DNA from: Camelus dromedarius
Taxonomy: Eukaryota
Direction of reading: 5' to 3'
Length of the DNA stretch: 64,000 nucleotides
Assembly: GCF_036321535.1 (NCBI RefSeq)
Contig: NC_087437.1
Span: forward strand, 4,650,001 to 4,714,000
Of the stretch, positions 26,381-39,583 are shown in pieces. Made by a program: the position numbers and the translations under genes. The stretch's first letter is position 1; each line of letters begins with the position of its first letter. Under the pieces are notes generated by a model, which was not told the origin of the DNA, did not search any database, and was given only the letters and a program-made list of their open reading frames with translations.

Positions 26381-29300
26381 AGTCACTCTTGCTCTGTCCT
26401 GAAAACAATCAGAACCAATCCAACCCATTCCCGTCACCAGGCAGGTGAAGGGACAGAGGCTCAAGCAAAGAGCAGGGGTTCACACAATCATCTGGCTCCA
26501 GGCCTCCGCATGCTCGTAGGACCTTTTCAGTTTCAGCACGAGAGCTGTTTCTCCCCTGTGGCCTCCCGTTGCTCTCAGGACAAACCCCCCGCCGCCCTGC
26601 CCAGTGGGCTTTCCCCGCTTATCCTGGCCTTCTTTCCAGTGCTTTTGGTCTTCAGAGCACCAAGCCTTTTGTTTCCCTTCTCAAGACGCCTCTCTGCCCA
26701 TAACTCCTCTTCCCGCCCCTCTGCCTGCTTAACTCTCCCTCCTTCCTCTCTGAGCTAAAGCATCACCATCACGGAAAGCCTTTCCTGACCTGATCAAGTC
26801 CGTTCTCTGGTCGAAGGCCCTCTCCTTCCTGGAATCCATCCCCCATCATGACTCCACCCGCGCTCCTTCGTGTGGTCACTGCATCGGTGTCTCTCCAGGA
26901 GACAGCAGCTCCCCATGGGCTGGAATCTGTCCACATTGTTCCCCTCCCTCCCCTGGATCAAAGAGGGAGGAGGAAGAAGCTGAACGCACAAAGGGGACGT
27001 GGCCTGCTGGCTCCAAGGTAACAGCTCTGGGTTTTCATCTTGGCCACGAGACCGGGGAACTCATGTCATTGCTCTGCGCCTCCATTTTCTCATCTGTGAA
27101 ATGGAGCCAGGTGAGAGACACCTGCTCAGGCTTGTCGTGAGGCTAACAGAGATGTCAGAGGGGAAAAGTGGTTTGTGCAGAACCCAGGGCTGATGACCAC
27201 GGCAACCCGCCTGGTTTCACCTCTTTCACGTGTGTAGAGGAGTCCTGATTGTTAACAAGTGGCACACATGCAGGTATGGTCGTCCCACCTGGGGTGTCCT
27301 CCCCCCGCCTGCTCTGGGAGGGTTAAGAGCAAACATTCCCCGCCACCCAGGGCTGCCCTTAGGAACGACCCCAGAAACCAAGGCTGGCACAGGCTGGAGG
27401 TCCTTCCCCCAAACACATTGCTAACTGTCCGCTCTTGCCCTGGGCTACCCAGGATGGGGACTGGTGCCTGAGGGACTTAGCCTGGTCCCCTTCAGACGCT
27501 GGCGCTTGGCAGCCTTGCCCACCTGGATGAGAATCCGGCCTCCTTTCCATCCCAATGGTGACGTGTGACCTGCCGCCTGATCACCAGGGCCCTGGAGGCT
27601 CTCTCGGCAATGTCCAAGATGCTCTTAAACTCTTAATCTGGGACTTGGAGGTCAGAGTCTGTCTCCAATTCTCTCCTCATGGAGGGATCTTGAGCCTTGG
27701 CCAAGCTGAAGCATCCTGTGAGGCACCAAGATGGGGCCCTGGTGGCTGAGGAAGTCACACCATCTCAATATAGCCGTGGTCAAGTCTTGTTTTCCTAACA
27801 GCCACGTCAGCCGGCATGGGAAGCACCACAGCTTGAAGGAGCTGGAAGAGCTCCTCGTGGTGGCCTCAGCAGGAATGGAATATTCTCGGCCATCTGCTCA
27901 GAACAGCCCATCTCTGAGCAGGACTCACAGAGCAGTGCCTTCCAGGAAAAGCACACTCTATTCCTTTATTGCCACAGAGTTTGGTGACTCCTGTTCAGGA
28001 AGTTCTTCTGGCTCCTTGACTGAAGGTTTGGATGATCAAGTCAAGAGCTGCTCTCCAGGGGGAAAAGCTGGTTTTGAGTCTCTAATTTCTCACACCCAAG
28101 ACAGCTCGGCTGAGGGTCCTGGGGACCCTCTGACCCTCGGCTTCCTGGCGACTCCGTGGAGGGAACTGGGTCGGTGTTCTCTGTAGTCCTTCTGGATCTG
28201 GAGTTCTGATCTGGATTTGATTCCAGGATGTGGGTTGACTGACAGTAACCTCCAGAAATGCTTAGCCCCACTGGCTCAACAGACACTCTGCACCCACTGG
28301 GCAATTCATTCATGGTGAAAAGAAAGCACGAAGCCAGGTTCCCAAGGCTGATGCTCAAGCCTCTGCTGACTAGACAAGCCCCGGGCTTTGGGATACGCTC
28401 AGGTCGTTTATAACATCTTGCAGGAAGATGGGCTCATTCCCCTAACCTCTCTGAGCTCCCAGACACGGTTCTGGTGTCGTTTTTACAGTTGCTCCAACAG
28501 AATCATTCTCAACAGGGTCAAGAAGCCTTCTTGGCTTCAGCCCTGAGCAGGACAAGACAGACACTGCCCAAGGGAGGAACTGGACGACAGAAGCCAGCTG
28601 GCTTCTTGAACCCCAAACAGAAAAAATTCTGGATGGGACACAGCAGTAGGGGAGAACATATTTTCTTTAAGATTTTTTCCCCTTTTTTTCTTCTTTTTCT
28701 GAGCCTAGTTTTCAGGAAATTGGTTATCTATGGCATCATTGTGAAGCCAGGACCATGCCACCAACTGTAAAGCTTTAAAAGTTGAACGGGAACATTGTGA
28801 TGTCAGAAGTTCTCGTGGCATCTTTTCTGTTATCCCAGGATAATCATGTGTCTTCATGCCCCCTCGTGGTTTATCGGTGTCATGTCTGATTCAGGCGCAG
28901 AGAAGAGAAGCTGCCCTCAGCTCTTTTCATAAAGCACTTAGTGCTGTCAAATAAATAATGAAGAAAAACTGTCTAAAAAAATTTTTTTAAGTTATTGTGG
29001 AATCTGATGTATCCGGGTTGGAGTCTGTGTCATTCCTAAGTTCACTTCGGAAAGGCCGGAACTGGCTTCGTAGTGTTCCCATGGCTCAGAGCCCGGCCCA
29101 GGTCAGACTCACGGGGACAGCCCTACACACAGCGACAGCCCACGCCGAAGCCCCAGCTGTGTCAGAGCCTCTGGGCAGAGAGGCCAAGGTGCTGCAGACA
29201 AGCAGACACAAATCTGGAACTACAACCGTTACGCCTGGGGCAGGAATCTGTACTTACCCCAAGACGATTTTGATGTAAGCTAAAATTGGAGAACCACGGA

Positions 29301-29481
29301 TCTAGCCAAAGGAGAGAATGGAAATTTAAGAATGGGATAAGCCTTGTGCCCACCACACGGGTAGGTCTCAGTGTTACATAGCGTCTGGTTAGGGTTCCCT
29401 TGTCCAAGCAACCCACCAGTGACTCCTTTACTAAGATCCGATGCAGAGATTTAAAAAAGAAGTTTAAAAATGCTTAATGAA

Positions 29482-30323
29482 AACACTCAATATCGCTAAT
29501 TATTGGAGAAATACAAATCAAAACTACAATGAGGTATCACCTCACACCAGTCAGAATGCCATCATTCAAAAGTCCACAAATGATAAATGCTGCAGAGGCT
29601 GTGGAGAAAAGGGAACCCTCCCACACTGCTGGTGCAGACACTATGGAAAATATGAAGATTCCTTTAAAAACTAAAACTAGACTTACCATGTGATCCAAAA
29701 AATCCCACTCCTGGGCATATATTTGGAGGGACCTTAATTCAAAAAGATACATGTACCCCAATGTCCACAGCACACTATTTACAACAGCCAAGACATGGAA
29801 TCAACCTAAATGTCCATCGACAGATGACTGGATAAAAAAGATGTGGTGTATTTATACAATGGAATACTACTCAGCCATAAAGAAGAATGAAATAATGCCA
29901 TTTGCAGCAACATGGAGGGACCTGGAGATTGTCATTCTAAGTGAAGTAAGCCAGAAAGAGAAAGGAAAATACCATACGATATCATTTTATATGTGGAATC
30001 TAAAAAAAAAAAATGACACAACTGAACTTATTTACCAAACAGAAACAGACTCATAGACATAGAGAACAAACTTATGGTTATTTGGGGGGGAAGTGGGTGG
30101 GAAGGAATAAATTGGAAGTTCGAGAATTGCAGATACACACTACTATATATAAAAGAGGTAAACAACAAGGTCCTACTGTACAGCACAGGGAACTATATTA
30201 ATATCTTGTAGTAACCTAGAATGAAAAAGAATATGGAAATGAATTATGTATGTATATGTGACTGAAGCATTATGCTGTACACCAGAAACTGACACAACAT
30301 TGTAAATTGACTGTACTTCAATA
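29482..30323 (+). mobile_element. 5'-truncated L1 (ORF2 C-terminus and 3'UTR)
   Basis: Translates to TWNQPKCPSTDDWIKKMWCIYTMEYYSAIKKNEIMPFAATW; perfect 16-bp TSD aaaaatgcttaatgaa at 29466-29481 and 30324-30339. Confidence 0.93.
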
Positions 30324-31031
30324 AAAAATGCTTAATGAATATATCTGCAGTAACAAGTAAAAACGTGTACACTGTGATTTTTAAGTTAAAAATTTAAGAT
30401 ACAATAACTGTATATTGGCTATAAAAGGAACAAATGACTGGCAAGTCCACAGAAGAAATGACACTGGGAGGAAGTATACCAAAATGCTAACGTGGTTATG
30501 CAGGGTGTTAAATCTTTAGATCATCTCCTTTCTGTTTTTCTGAATTCTCCGTTTTCTGTGATGATCATATGTCACACATATAACGGGAAAGGAGATAAAA
30601 TGCCAACAGACTGACAGCCGAAAGAGGAAGGGGCACTGGCCTCAGGAGGGCAGTCCATTCTCACAAAGAGGAGCGGTTCCCTGTGGCACTGGGGTGGCTC
30701 AGAGCAGCCCAGGCCAACACCGTCCTCTCTCCTCTCCACTCACAGCATGTGGTTTGACACAAGAGCCTGCTGCCTAGGGGGATTCAGAAGGAAAAATCCC
30801 CTGACACCCTGAGTAGTGCCGATAAAGAGGGTCCTTCACCAATGGACCAGAAGTCCCTTGACCAGCAGGGAACTATCTGGGCTGATTCCAGAACTCCATC
30901 TGTGTCTGGGCATCAAGGCAAAAGGCAGGTTTTCTGGGCACACAAGCAGATCTGGTTCTGCTTTGGTTAAGACAGACCCATGCTATGGACGGAAGGTGCA
31001 CCCTTGCTTCCAGACTTGGACACTTGGACTA

Positions 31032-31532
<501 letters not shown>

Positions 31533-33901
31533 CTATGTTTCTGTCGCACGTGCCTGCGGCAGCATCAGGGAAAAGGGCTTGCTCTTTTTGTTGAAATTTT
31601 ACGTTGTGTCTTATTTTCTATTTAGCACAGATTCAAATCTGTGGGTTTTTGAACGGTCGGAGGCAGTTCTGACCATGGTCGTCTTCAGGAAGTTTCTGCC
31701 CACGTTCTGCATCTCCTCACTCTTCAGTCCGAAATGGGCTTGGGTTCTACCTCACTTCCACTAGATTCAGATACAAACTCTTTGTCGGGGGGAGATGTTT
31801 CAGACATAAGTTCAGATACTCAACAGAATTCTTCAAAGAGGCATGGAAAGCAATACTCCTGGTGGAGAAGCCCTATTTTGAACTGTGAGAACCAAATGCA
31901 CCGAGTGCAGAATTCCAGAGTTTGAGGCCAGCCTTAGTAAAACCCATCTCTCCATCTTGGTTTCTCTCCTCCTTCCTGGTTCTTCCAGGATTCCAGGCCC
32001 ACTTGTGGCTTCTTTGGATCGTGACCACCGCAGGGCATCACTCCCACCCCCAGCAGTCCTGCTGCAGCCCCGGATGCAGCACCACGAGCCAAGTTTAGCA
32101 GCTGGAACCGTGACAGTGTCCGTGACTGAGCAGCCAGTGCCCGTGAGGAGCTGCTCCAGCCACTCTGAGACAACGAGGAAGCCCTGACAGCTTCTGGCTG
32201 GGAGCTCGGAGGAGCTGCAACACAACGGAAAATTCCAGGGGACACCAGTATTCAGTGAGGATTGGGCATAAACTCTGAGATTACCCGTCAGCTCAGCCAA
32301 TGTCACGAATCTGTCAGGCTTTCAACATCTTGCCTCGCCAAGAAGTGTCCTTAAATCTGCGATTTCTTTCCAATCCGTCCGGTCCTTCGACATGCCAGGC
32401 AGGGAGAGAGTGTCAGAGGGTTGGGTGGCTTCTCTGTGGCCCTGATGTCTGCATGGTTTCCCTCGGCTGTTTAGAGGGGGCTGAGGAGTGTCGTGTGTGG
32501 CTGGGAGAACCCAGCAGCCCAAACAGCGTATTTTGGCGGGGGGAACATTGTCTGAAGGAAGTGTGGTCCTTCTCACCAGCAGCTGGAAGCAGCCAGTAAT
32601 GTCTTGATCTAATTTCTCTCCTAAGACCTAATTAAGGTTATAATATCAGCTCCGTCTTAAAACAGGCTGCCGTGAGGGAAGAGAACTCTCTACAGCAAGT
32701 CTAGTAAATAGGGCAGAGACCAGAGAAGCTGCCAGACTTAATCTTACAGTGATGCAGTATTCCTTGATGTCCTCTGTGGCACTGAATGAAAACCTGGGCT
32801 AAATATTTTTTAATAAAATTATTTCTCTCTTTTAATGTTTCCTTTCATTTGCTCAGATAATTCATCTATTTCTTTGCAACCCAACACTCTACGTAGGGGA
32901 GCAGCCACCGAGCTTTTGACAGCTTCAGTCCGGGATAAATTATAATACTGTCAGATGACTGACATTATTTAAATAGGATCTACTGAGGGGAGGCAGTCAG
33001 ATTACAGAATCGTTCAAGTTTGGAGGATAAAACTTTAGGGTGAAACTTGAAAAAAAAATTAGAATCCTAAGAGAGCATCCCATTTGCCTGTTTGCAGAAT
33101 ATCACACTCTGAGGCTTAGGGAAAAACGAGGTTCCAGTGTTAACACCTTACAGCCCGAGGAACCGCCATTAGGTTGGTGGGTGTTGGACGTGGCTGTTCA
33201 GACAGTCTTTCTCTCTGCTCTCTGACACCTCCCCTCACCCTCCCGCCAGTCCTCTTCCCCAGACCCTGACCCGAAGGAAAATTTACCGCTAACATTAAAA
33301 ATCTGTCAGTCAGCTGCCATGTTCACAGTTTTCATCACATCTGCACCCCACTCCATTGTTACTCACTGAGTATTTTTTAAGTCAACTGGGTTACAGCCTT
33401 TTTTATTAAGCCTTGTCCCAAGCAACATATCCATGAAATCCCATTAAATACTTAAATAAATACTTAAAATTTAAAAATGTAAATATCAAATAAAGACCGT
33501 TGAGCCATCTAAACCCACTGAAGTAACTCTGCGTGCCCCGGGCTGCAGGGGCGCCCCCGAGGGAGCCGAGCTGCGTGCGGGCAGCAGCGGCTTTAACCGC
33601 GGACGCCCGACCCCGCGCACAGCTCCAGTCTGAGTCCCTGGGCACCAGGCCTTCTGCTTGTGAGCAGTCCCACAGCCCTAAGGACAGGAGGTGCAGAGAA
33701 GGCCTCTCTCCACTCGGGTGGGCGTCCTTTCCTCCCGCTGAGCTGGAGGGACGTCTCAGGAACACGTTCCTTCCCAACCAGAACCTCCCACAGCGACAAC
33801 TGATTCCCTCCCTGAAGGATGGAGCGGCAGACCGCTTTTTGCTGTACTTAGAGGGTCTAATTCATTACTGAGGCCTATTTTTACTACTTCTAGGTACTTA
33901 C

Positions 33902-33937
33902 TTTCTGCCCCAACATTCCAGGAAATCCTGGGAAACC
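33902..33937 (-). CDS. COLQ: COLQ exon 10
   Basis: GFPGFPGMLGQK; cag / GTAAGT; 36 nt. Confidence 0.95.
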
Positions 33938-34029
33938 CTGTGAAGAGAACAACAAACACAGTGACTCCTCTGAAATAATGCTTGGAAGGGCTGTGAAGAG
34001 CTTGGTCAGCCATTTTCAAGATAGAGCCC

Positions 34030-34436
34030 TGTCAGTCATTGAGCCAGCCAGTCATTCATTCAGTCAGTCAGCCAGTCAGTCAGCCAGTCAGCCAGTCAGT
34101 CAGACAGACAGCCAGCCAGACAGCCAATCAGTCAGACAGCCAGACAGCCAGACAGCCAATCAGCCAGTCAGACAGCCAGTCAGTCAGTCAGACAGCCAGC
34201 CAGCCAGTCATTCATTCAGATAGTCAGTCAGCCAGTCAATCAGCCAGTCAGCCAGTCAGTCAGACAGCCAGACAGCCAGTCAATCAGCCAGCCAGCCAGT
34301 CAGACAGACAGACAGTCAGTCAGACAGACAGACAGTCAGTCAGTCAGTCAGATAGTCAGCAGCCAGTCAATCAGCCAGTTAATCAACCAGTCAGCCAGTC
34401 AGTCAGTCAGATAGTCAGTCAGCCAGCCAGCCAGCC
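34030..34436. repeat. Compound tetranucleotide microsatellite (CAGT/CAGC/CAGA)n
   Basis: About 400 bp of mixed CAGN units in COLQ intron 9. Confidence 0.95.
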
Positions 34437-34498
34437 ACAAGATGGGGTGGGCAGGGGCTGCCACGGTGACTGTAGTTTGCCATTTATGCTCCCATTAC

Positions 34499-34543
34499 CT
34501 TTTCTCCTTTGGGGCCCAAGTCCCCCCTTTCACCTCTGGACCC
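34499..34543 (-). CDS. COLQ: COLQ exon 9
   Basis: GSRGERGDLGPKGEK; tag / GTAATG; 45 nt. Confidence 0.95.
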
Positions 34544-35129
34544 CTAGGAGGAACCACAGGAGAGAATCTATGAGTTAACACCATGGGGGGAAAACCAGAG
34601 TGTTTCAAACTGAAACAGACTCAGAGGGGTGGAGACTGGTCCCGGGAAGGAATGCTTTGTGACATACCTCCTACTTAGACCCCAAAGACCTCTTACATTA
34701 ATAGAGGACAACCCATAGAAGGTTCTGGGTCCCAGACTTTCTCTTATCCTCTAGGACATGTGTCCCTAATGTCTGGCTGGGGTTTTGTGTTGCCCCATTT
34801 TTGACAGATGACATGGTTGTGTGGTAGAAGCTTGGTCTTGGACCCACACCTGTCACCTTCCCTCAGCACCCCGTTCACCTCCACCTGCATGACCCTCAGC
34901 TGCTCACCCGATCCACGTGAGGGCCTCTACCTCCACCAGGAGCTCCTCCCGACCTGCCCCAGGCCTGCCCCAGAGGCCCTCGCTTCCCTCTCCCAGCCAC
35001 TGACAGGGACGGGGCACATCTCGGCCTGCTGGCTGCAGTTGCCGCCTAGAGAGACCCCCGGGGACCCCTCTGCTCATCACTGACCCCAGACCTGGCAGCC
35101 CAGACCAAGCCATCAAGACGGGCACCAAC

Positions 35130-35156
35130 CTTCTCCCCTCTGGATCCAGGGTGGCC
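35130..35156 (-). CDS. COLQ: COLQ exon 8
   Basis: GHPGSRGEK; tttcag / GTTGGT; 27 nt. Confidence 0.93.
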
Positions 35157-35625
35157 CTGAAAGAAAGCGAAGGTGCGTTGACAGTCAGCCCCGGAGGACC
35201 GGTGGGTTTGGTGCCAGAGCGAAGGAAGCCCTGACTGTGGAGGTGTGACGTCTGCACGTCGCACTGCAAGTTTGAGGGGCAGGGGCTGCAGCCGTAAGTT
35301 GAAAGATGTCCCTGAGGGCTGGGTTTACACCAGGCCTAAGAAGAACACTGCTCTTCTGACTCCCCCAAAGGCCTGAACAAAAGTTTCCATCTGCTCTGCT
35401 GTACAGAGGCCTAGCCTCGCAGCTCAGGAGACCAGCATGAATGCCTCCCTGCACCCCCACATCCCAGGGCATGACATCCCCCAACGGGCCGGCAGAGACA
35501 GGCGCACTCTGACACTGGGCTCTCCAACATCTGTGACAGTCCCCAGCCCAGTACGCAGCCACTCAGTCCCCATCTTTACAGCTACTCCAGAGCCTGGGAA
35601 CATTTGTCTGGACCAACGCACTGAC

Positions 35626-35688
35626 CTTGGAGCCCACTGGTCCTCTCGACCCTGGCAAGCCCATCACACCTAGGTCGCCTTTTTCACC
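35626..35688 (-). CDS. COLQ: COLQ exon 7
   Basis: [21 protein letters not shown]; cag / GTCAGT; 63 nt. Confidence 0.95.
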
Positions 35689-36299
35689 CTGTGGGAATCA
35701 GAAAAAGAGGGAAAAAGAGCTACAATGACACTGCCTAGAGAAAGTGAACCAGGAAAGGCACGGGCAAGACCAGGGTGGGAATGGGGACACTGGGGCTGGC
35801 CTGTGACTCCGAGGACCCCAATGCTGCCTAGCTCACTCGCCCATGACTGCATGCTCCACGCTTCATTCTGGTGTTTGAGATTAAACAGAGAGTGAAATTG
35901 TCTAAGGCGGAGACTGTCTCCAAACTAAACACTCACTAAGATACTGTAAGTGGACTGATGTTTGGTCTTCCAGAAAGAGCTGTGAAAGGTAGGGGAGAGC
36001 ATGTGCAGGCAACGGGGCTTCAAAGGACAGGGTGTCAGCTCCCCCAAAACTTCCCCTTCTCTGCTCTTACATAGGGAGAATCTTTCAGATATTCCCATGT
36101 ACTCTTACCCTAGGTCTGCAGCCAAGCAGAATGAACAAGAGACTCTGGGTATTTACCATGGAGGCTGGGGGCTAGGACTCATGGCTGGGATCTTAGAATG
36201 GTTTACAGTTGGAACTTTCAGTACTTTTTGTGCTAAAAAAATCCTCTAAAACAGCACTAAACTATAAAATATATGGTGAGCCCCATACTTAATTTTTAA

Positions 36300-36745
36300 T
36301 TTTTTCAGAAGTCACAATAAAAGTAAAACTAAACAGATGAAATTAAGTTTAAAACATATTTTATTTCCTCTAATTAATTTAATCTAATTATCTTTTCAAC
36401 ATGTCAATTAAAAATCACTAATGAGGGTTTTACATTCTATTTTTGATAATAAATATTTGAAACCTGTTGTGTATTTAACATTTAAATCACATCTCAATCC
36501 AGGTGCGAGATTTTCATCCAAAACACTTGATCTGTATTTAGGTTTCATTAAATTTATAGTTAAAGAAAAAAGCAAATTCACATACTCAAGTCACTCCATG
36601 ATACTTAAATGTTTTCCAATAACTGCACAGAGGAAAGGTTTTTCAATTCAAACTTAAAATTCAGTTCCTCAGTTGCACGGGGCACATTTCAAGGGCTCAA
36701 AAGCTGCACATGGCTGGTGGCTGCCATGTTGGGCAGCTCAGCTCT
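36300..36745. mobile_element. hAT-Charlie (MER33/Charlie5-like) remnant
   Basis: Ends cacatttcaagggctcaaaagctgcacatggctggtggctgccatgttgggcagc. Confidence 0.55.
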
Positions 36746-37408
36746 GTGTAGTGGATTTTTAAAGAAATATCCTCAGGACTCTTCCTAAGAGGACTGGGAA
36801 CAATTTTCTATCCTCGTAATAAATACAGCCAGTAAGTGAGTCACGGCAGAATGTGACATTCACCTGCCCACCCCTGACTTTGGCAGGTCACATTTCTAAG
36901 TCATGGCTTCCACACCCAACGGTCCAGGATCAAAGTGAGAAAAATGTACCCGAAGACGTGGGTGTGGACATGTTGGCTTTTCATAACCTGCCTGAGGAAG
37001 GGGGTTGTACCAGCATTTGGTGATCTCTCTCTGAATGTATGAATTCAGCGAACTCCTGTGCCCTGACCCCCAGCCCTGCCGATGAGCAGGACAGGCCAAC
37101 AGCTTTCTGGACACCAGCTCTCTAGGGTCACCCCAGGAAAGCTGAATAACTAACTGCACGTTAACTCTCAGGACAAGGAGCCCCAGGACCCTCATTCCCC
37201 GCCAACCCCGCAGGAGCAGAGCTGTGGGACTGACCAAGACCTTGGGTCCAAGGGAAGCAGGAGTGTCTGGGGACCTCTGGGCAGTCCTCATGGTCCCTCC
37301 TGCCTCCTCCCCCGAGCCCCGCAGGAAGGGAGCTTCACCTACTATGGGCCAGGGGCCAGGGGAGCTGCCACCTTCTCCCCTCTGGTTCTGACACCACGTC
37401 ACACTTAC

Positions 37409-37480
37409 CCTGGGGCCTTCAGGGCCGGGCCAGCCGACAGGCCCAGGCATGCCAGGCACCCCGGGGGGGCCAGGTCTACC
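37409..37480 (-). CDS. COLQ: COLQ exon 6
   Basis: [24 protein letters not shown]; aag / GTAAGT; 72 nt. Confidence 0.95.
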
Positions 37481-39195
37481 CTTCAAAGACAAAGAACACA
37501 AGTCAGGACAGCTAGCTTTGTTCCCCTCCTTCCAAAGACTCCGATTTGTCTCTGGGGCCCAGAGGGAAGTGTGGGCCTCCAAGCGTGGCCCCAGGGCCCC
37601 CATCCCCGCCCTTAGAAGACTGATGGCCGAGAAAGTTGGGTCACTTGGCTGTAAGTCGAAGCCCCTGGCCACGTCGTGTCCACACACAAGACTTCCACTC
37701 ACGACACGGAAGGTGGTGGGGAAGGGGTTCTCAGCGTCTCAGCTCTTCCATCGTTACCTCCTCCACCATCCACCCCCGGTTTTCCCTGCATGCCCCCGGG
37801 AGGCAGCGTATGGGGAGGGACCATGCCTGGAGCTGCAGCGATGCTGCTGGCACTCCCTCCGCATCTTCTCCCCGACTCGGGTGCCCACCTCCCAGGGCGT
37901 TCCCTCCTTGCTGTAGCAACTCACTCCTGCAGCCTGTGACGGTGGAGTCTGAGGGGTGCTCGGAGCTGCCTAGCAGTTTATGTACCTCTCCCTTCCTGCA
38001 GCCCACAGCCCAGCTCCCTTCTGTCAAGGCAGGACGAGTTCTGTAGTTCTGTGGTACGATGCAGACTCCAGGGCTCCCCTAGGGATCAGCCTGAGGCTGG
38101 ATGTCACCTGATCCCACCCTACACCAGCCTTCTGCCCCTGCCCCTCTGAGGCCCCCTCCCCTCAGGCTTCTCCTGACAGAGCCCCTCGATGGTTCATCCA
38201 CTTGCACACAGCCTGTCCCATCTCTGTCTCTGTGTCTCGGAACCCCTGACGTAAGCTGCTGAGCTGTGGGAGTGTGCCCCGTGAGAGCCCCAGGGAGCGG
38301 CCACTGGGGGTCTGTCCTGACCTCCGCCCCCACTGGCTACTTTCAGTAAGCCTCACTGGAGATGTGGGAGGCTTGGCCCCTAAATCAGAGATCACAGATG
38401 CTGGCCTGTGTACCAGGTTCTGCTCCTGCCTCTCTCAGCCCTGGCAGATGTGCCCAGTCCTTCATGGCACTTGTCAGTTCTGAGCTTGGGGGCCAGGCCA
38501 GCATCCTTCCAGCCCAGCACTTCAGACGACCACCAGGCCTTGGCTGGAGTTGCCAGCTGTGCCCTAAAGAGCTGGAACGTTGCCTCACAAAGTTCTGCTT
38601 GGGGCCTTTATTGACAGTGAAAGCATCTGAATAAGACATTTACCTGGGAAAATCGTAATTTATCTTTAGAACCTTATTCCTTGACCAAAGCACTGCACCT
38701 CCTTCCACCACCAAGCCCTACAGTTTCAGCGCCAGCGTCCACTGACCACAGCAAGTCGCAGCTGGCTTACTCCTTCCTGACACTAATGGGAGTCTTACCA
38801 ACATGTGTGGGTCACTCAGAGTCCCCGTGACCTGAAGCGACTCTCATTTATTTCGGCTGGGCCTGGGAGCAAAACCATTGTTTCTGTCTGACACTTTACT
38901 CCAGTTTAATTGAATTGACAGGGAGAGTCATTTTGTGCCACTGACTGGGGCCCTGGAGGGTTTATCTGCTGGTCGCAGAGGCTGGGGGATATTTGGCCAA
39001 GCTTGGCAGCCTCCAGCAGACGTCGGAATGCTGGCAGGAGCAGGCTGCATCTCCAGATTGCACAGTGGGCTACTGTCATGGGGATGGAAGAGCCATCATC
39101 GACCACCTGGGTATCAGGGCCGCAGAGGTGCAAGGCTGGTCCCCACCCACTCCTGGGGTGCACACACTCACACACACGCGGGGCATGTTCCATAC

Positions 39196-39222
39196 CTTCC
39201 TTCCTGGTCGGCCTAGCTCCCC
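39196..39222 (-). CDS. COLQ: COLQ exon 5 (N-terminal heparin-binding site)
   Basis: GELGRPGRK; cag / GTATGG; 27 nt. Confidence 0.94.
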
Positions 39223-39538
39223 CTGTGGATGGAGAAGAGAGGTAAGGAGAGGCTGTTTGGAGGAAAAGTTCTGGAAGCAGAGGGCTCTGCAGGGCTGATG
39301 ACTGGGCATGCCCCTGCAGCTGGGTCCCCGGGCGGCTCACAGCACCCTGGCCATGCTGAGACCCACCGGTGGGGTCCTACACTCACAGCAGCCCAGTCTT
39401 CATGGAGCCAGTCCTCACCCACAAAGGCGGGATTAGCACGTGCTTTGGAATCTCACCCGGAAACTACTCCGTGGCAGCCCGAGAAAACAGGCTGCAATTA
39501 CCCAGGAGACGTGGGATGAAGAAAGCGGTGGCTCATAC

Positions 39539-39583
39539 CTTTTCTCCCTTTGGTCCTGTCTTGCCAGGAAGCCCCGGTGGGCC
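39539..39583 (-). CDS. COLQ: COLQ exon 4
   Basis: GPPGLPGKTGPKGEK; cag / GTATGA; 45 nt. Confidence 0.95.

Noticed and set aside
29751..30056. ORFs with KCPST..WIKK..YTMEYYSAIKKNE (also 44094, 54625, 61739, 62273)
   Set aside because: These are broken C-terminal pieces of L1 ORF2 in 5'-truncated copies, not host genes or active elements.
34039..34578. 179-aa Ser/Gln-rich ORF on + strand
   Set aside because: It is the translation of the CAGN microsatellite, antisense to COLQ, not a gene.
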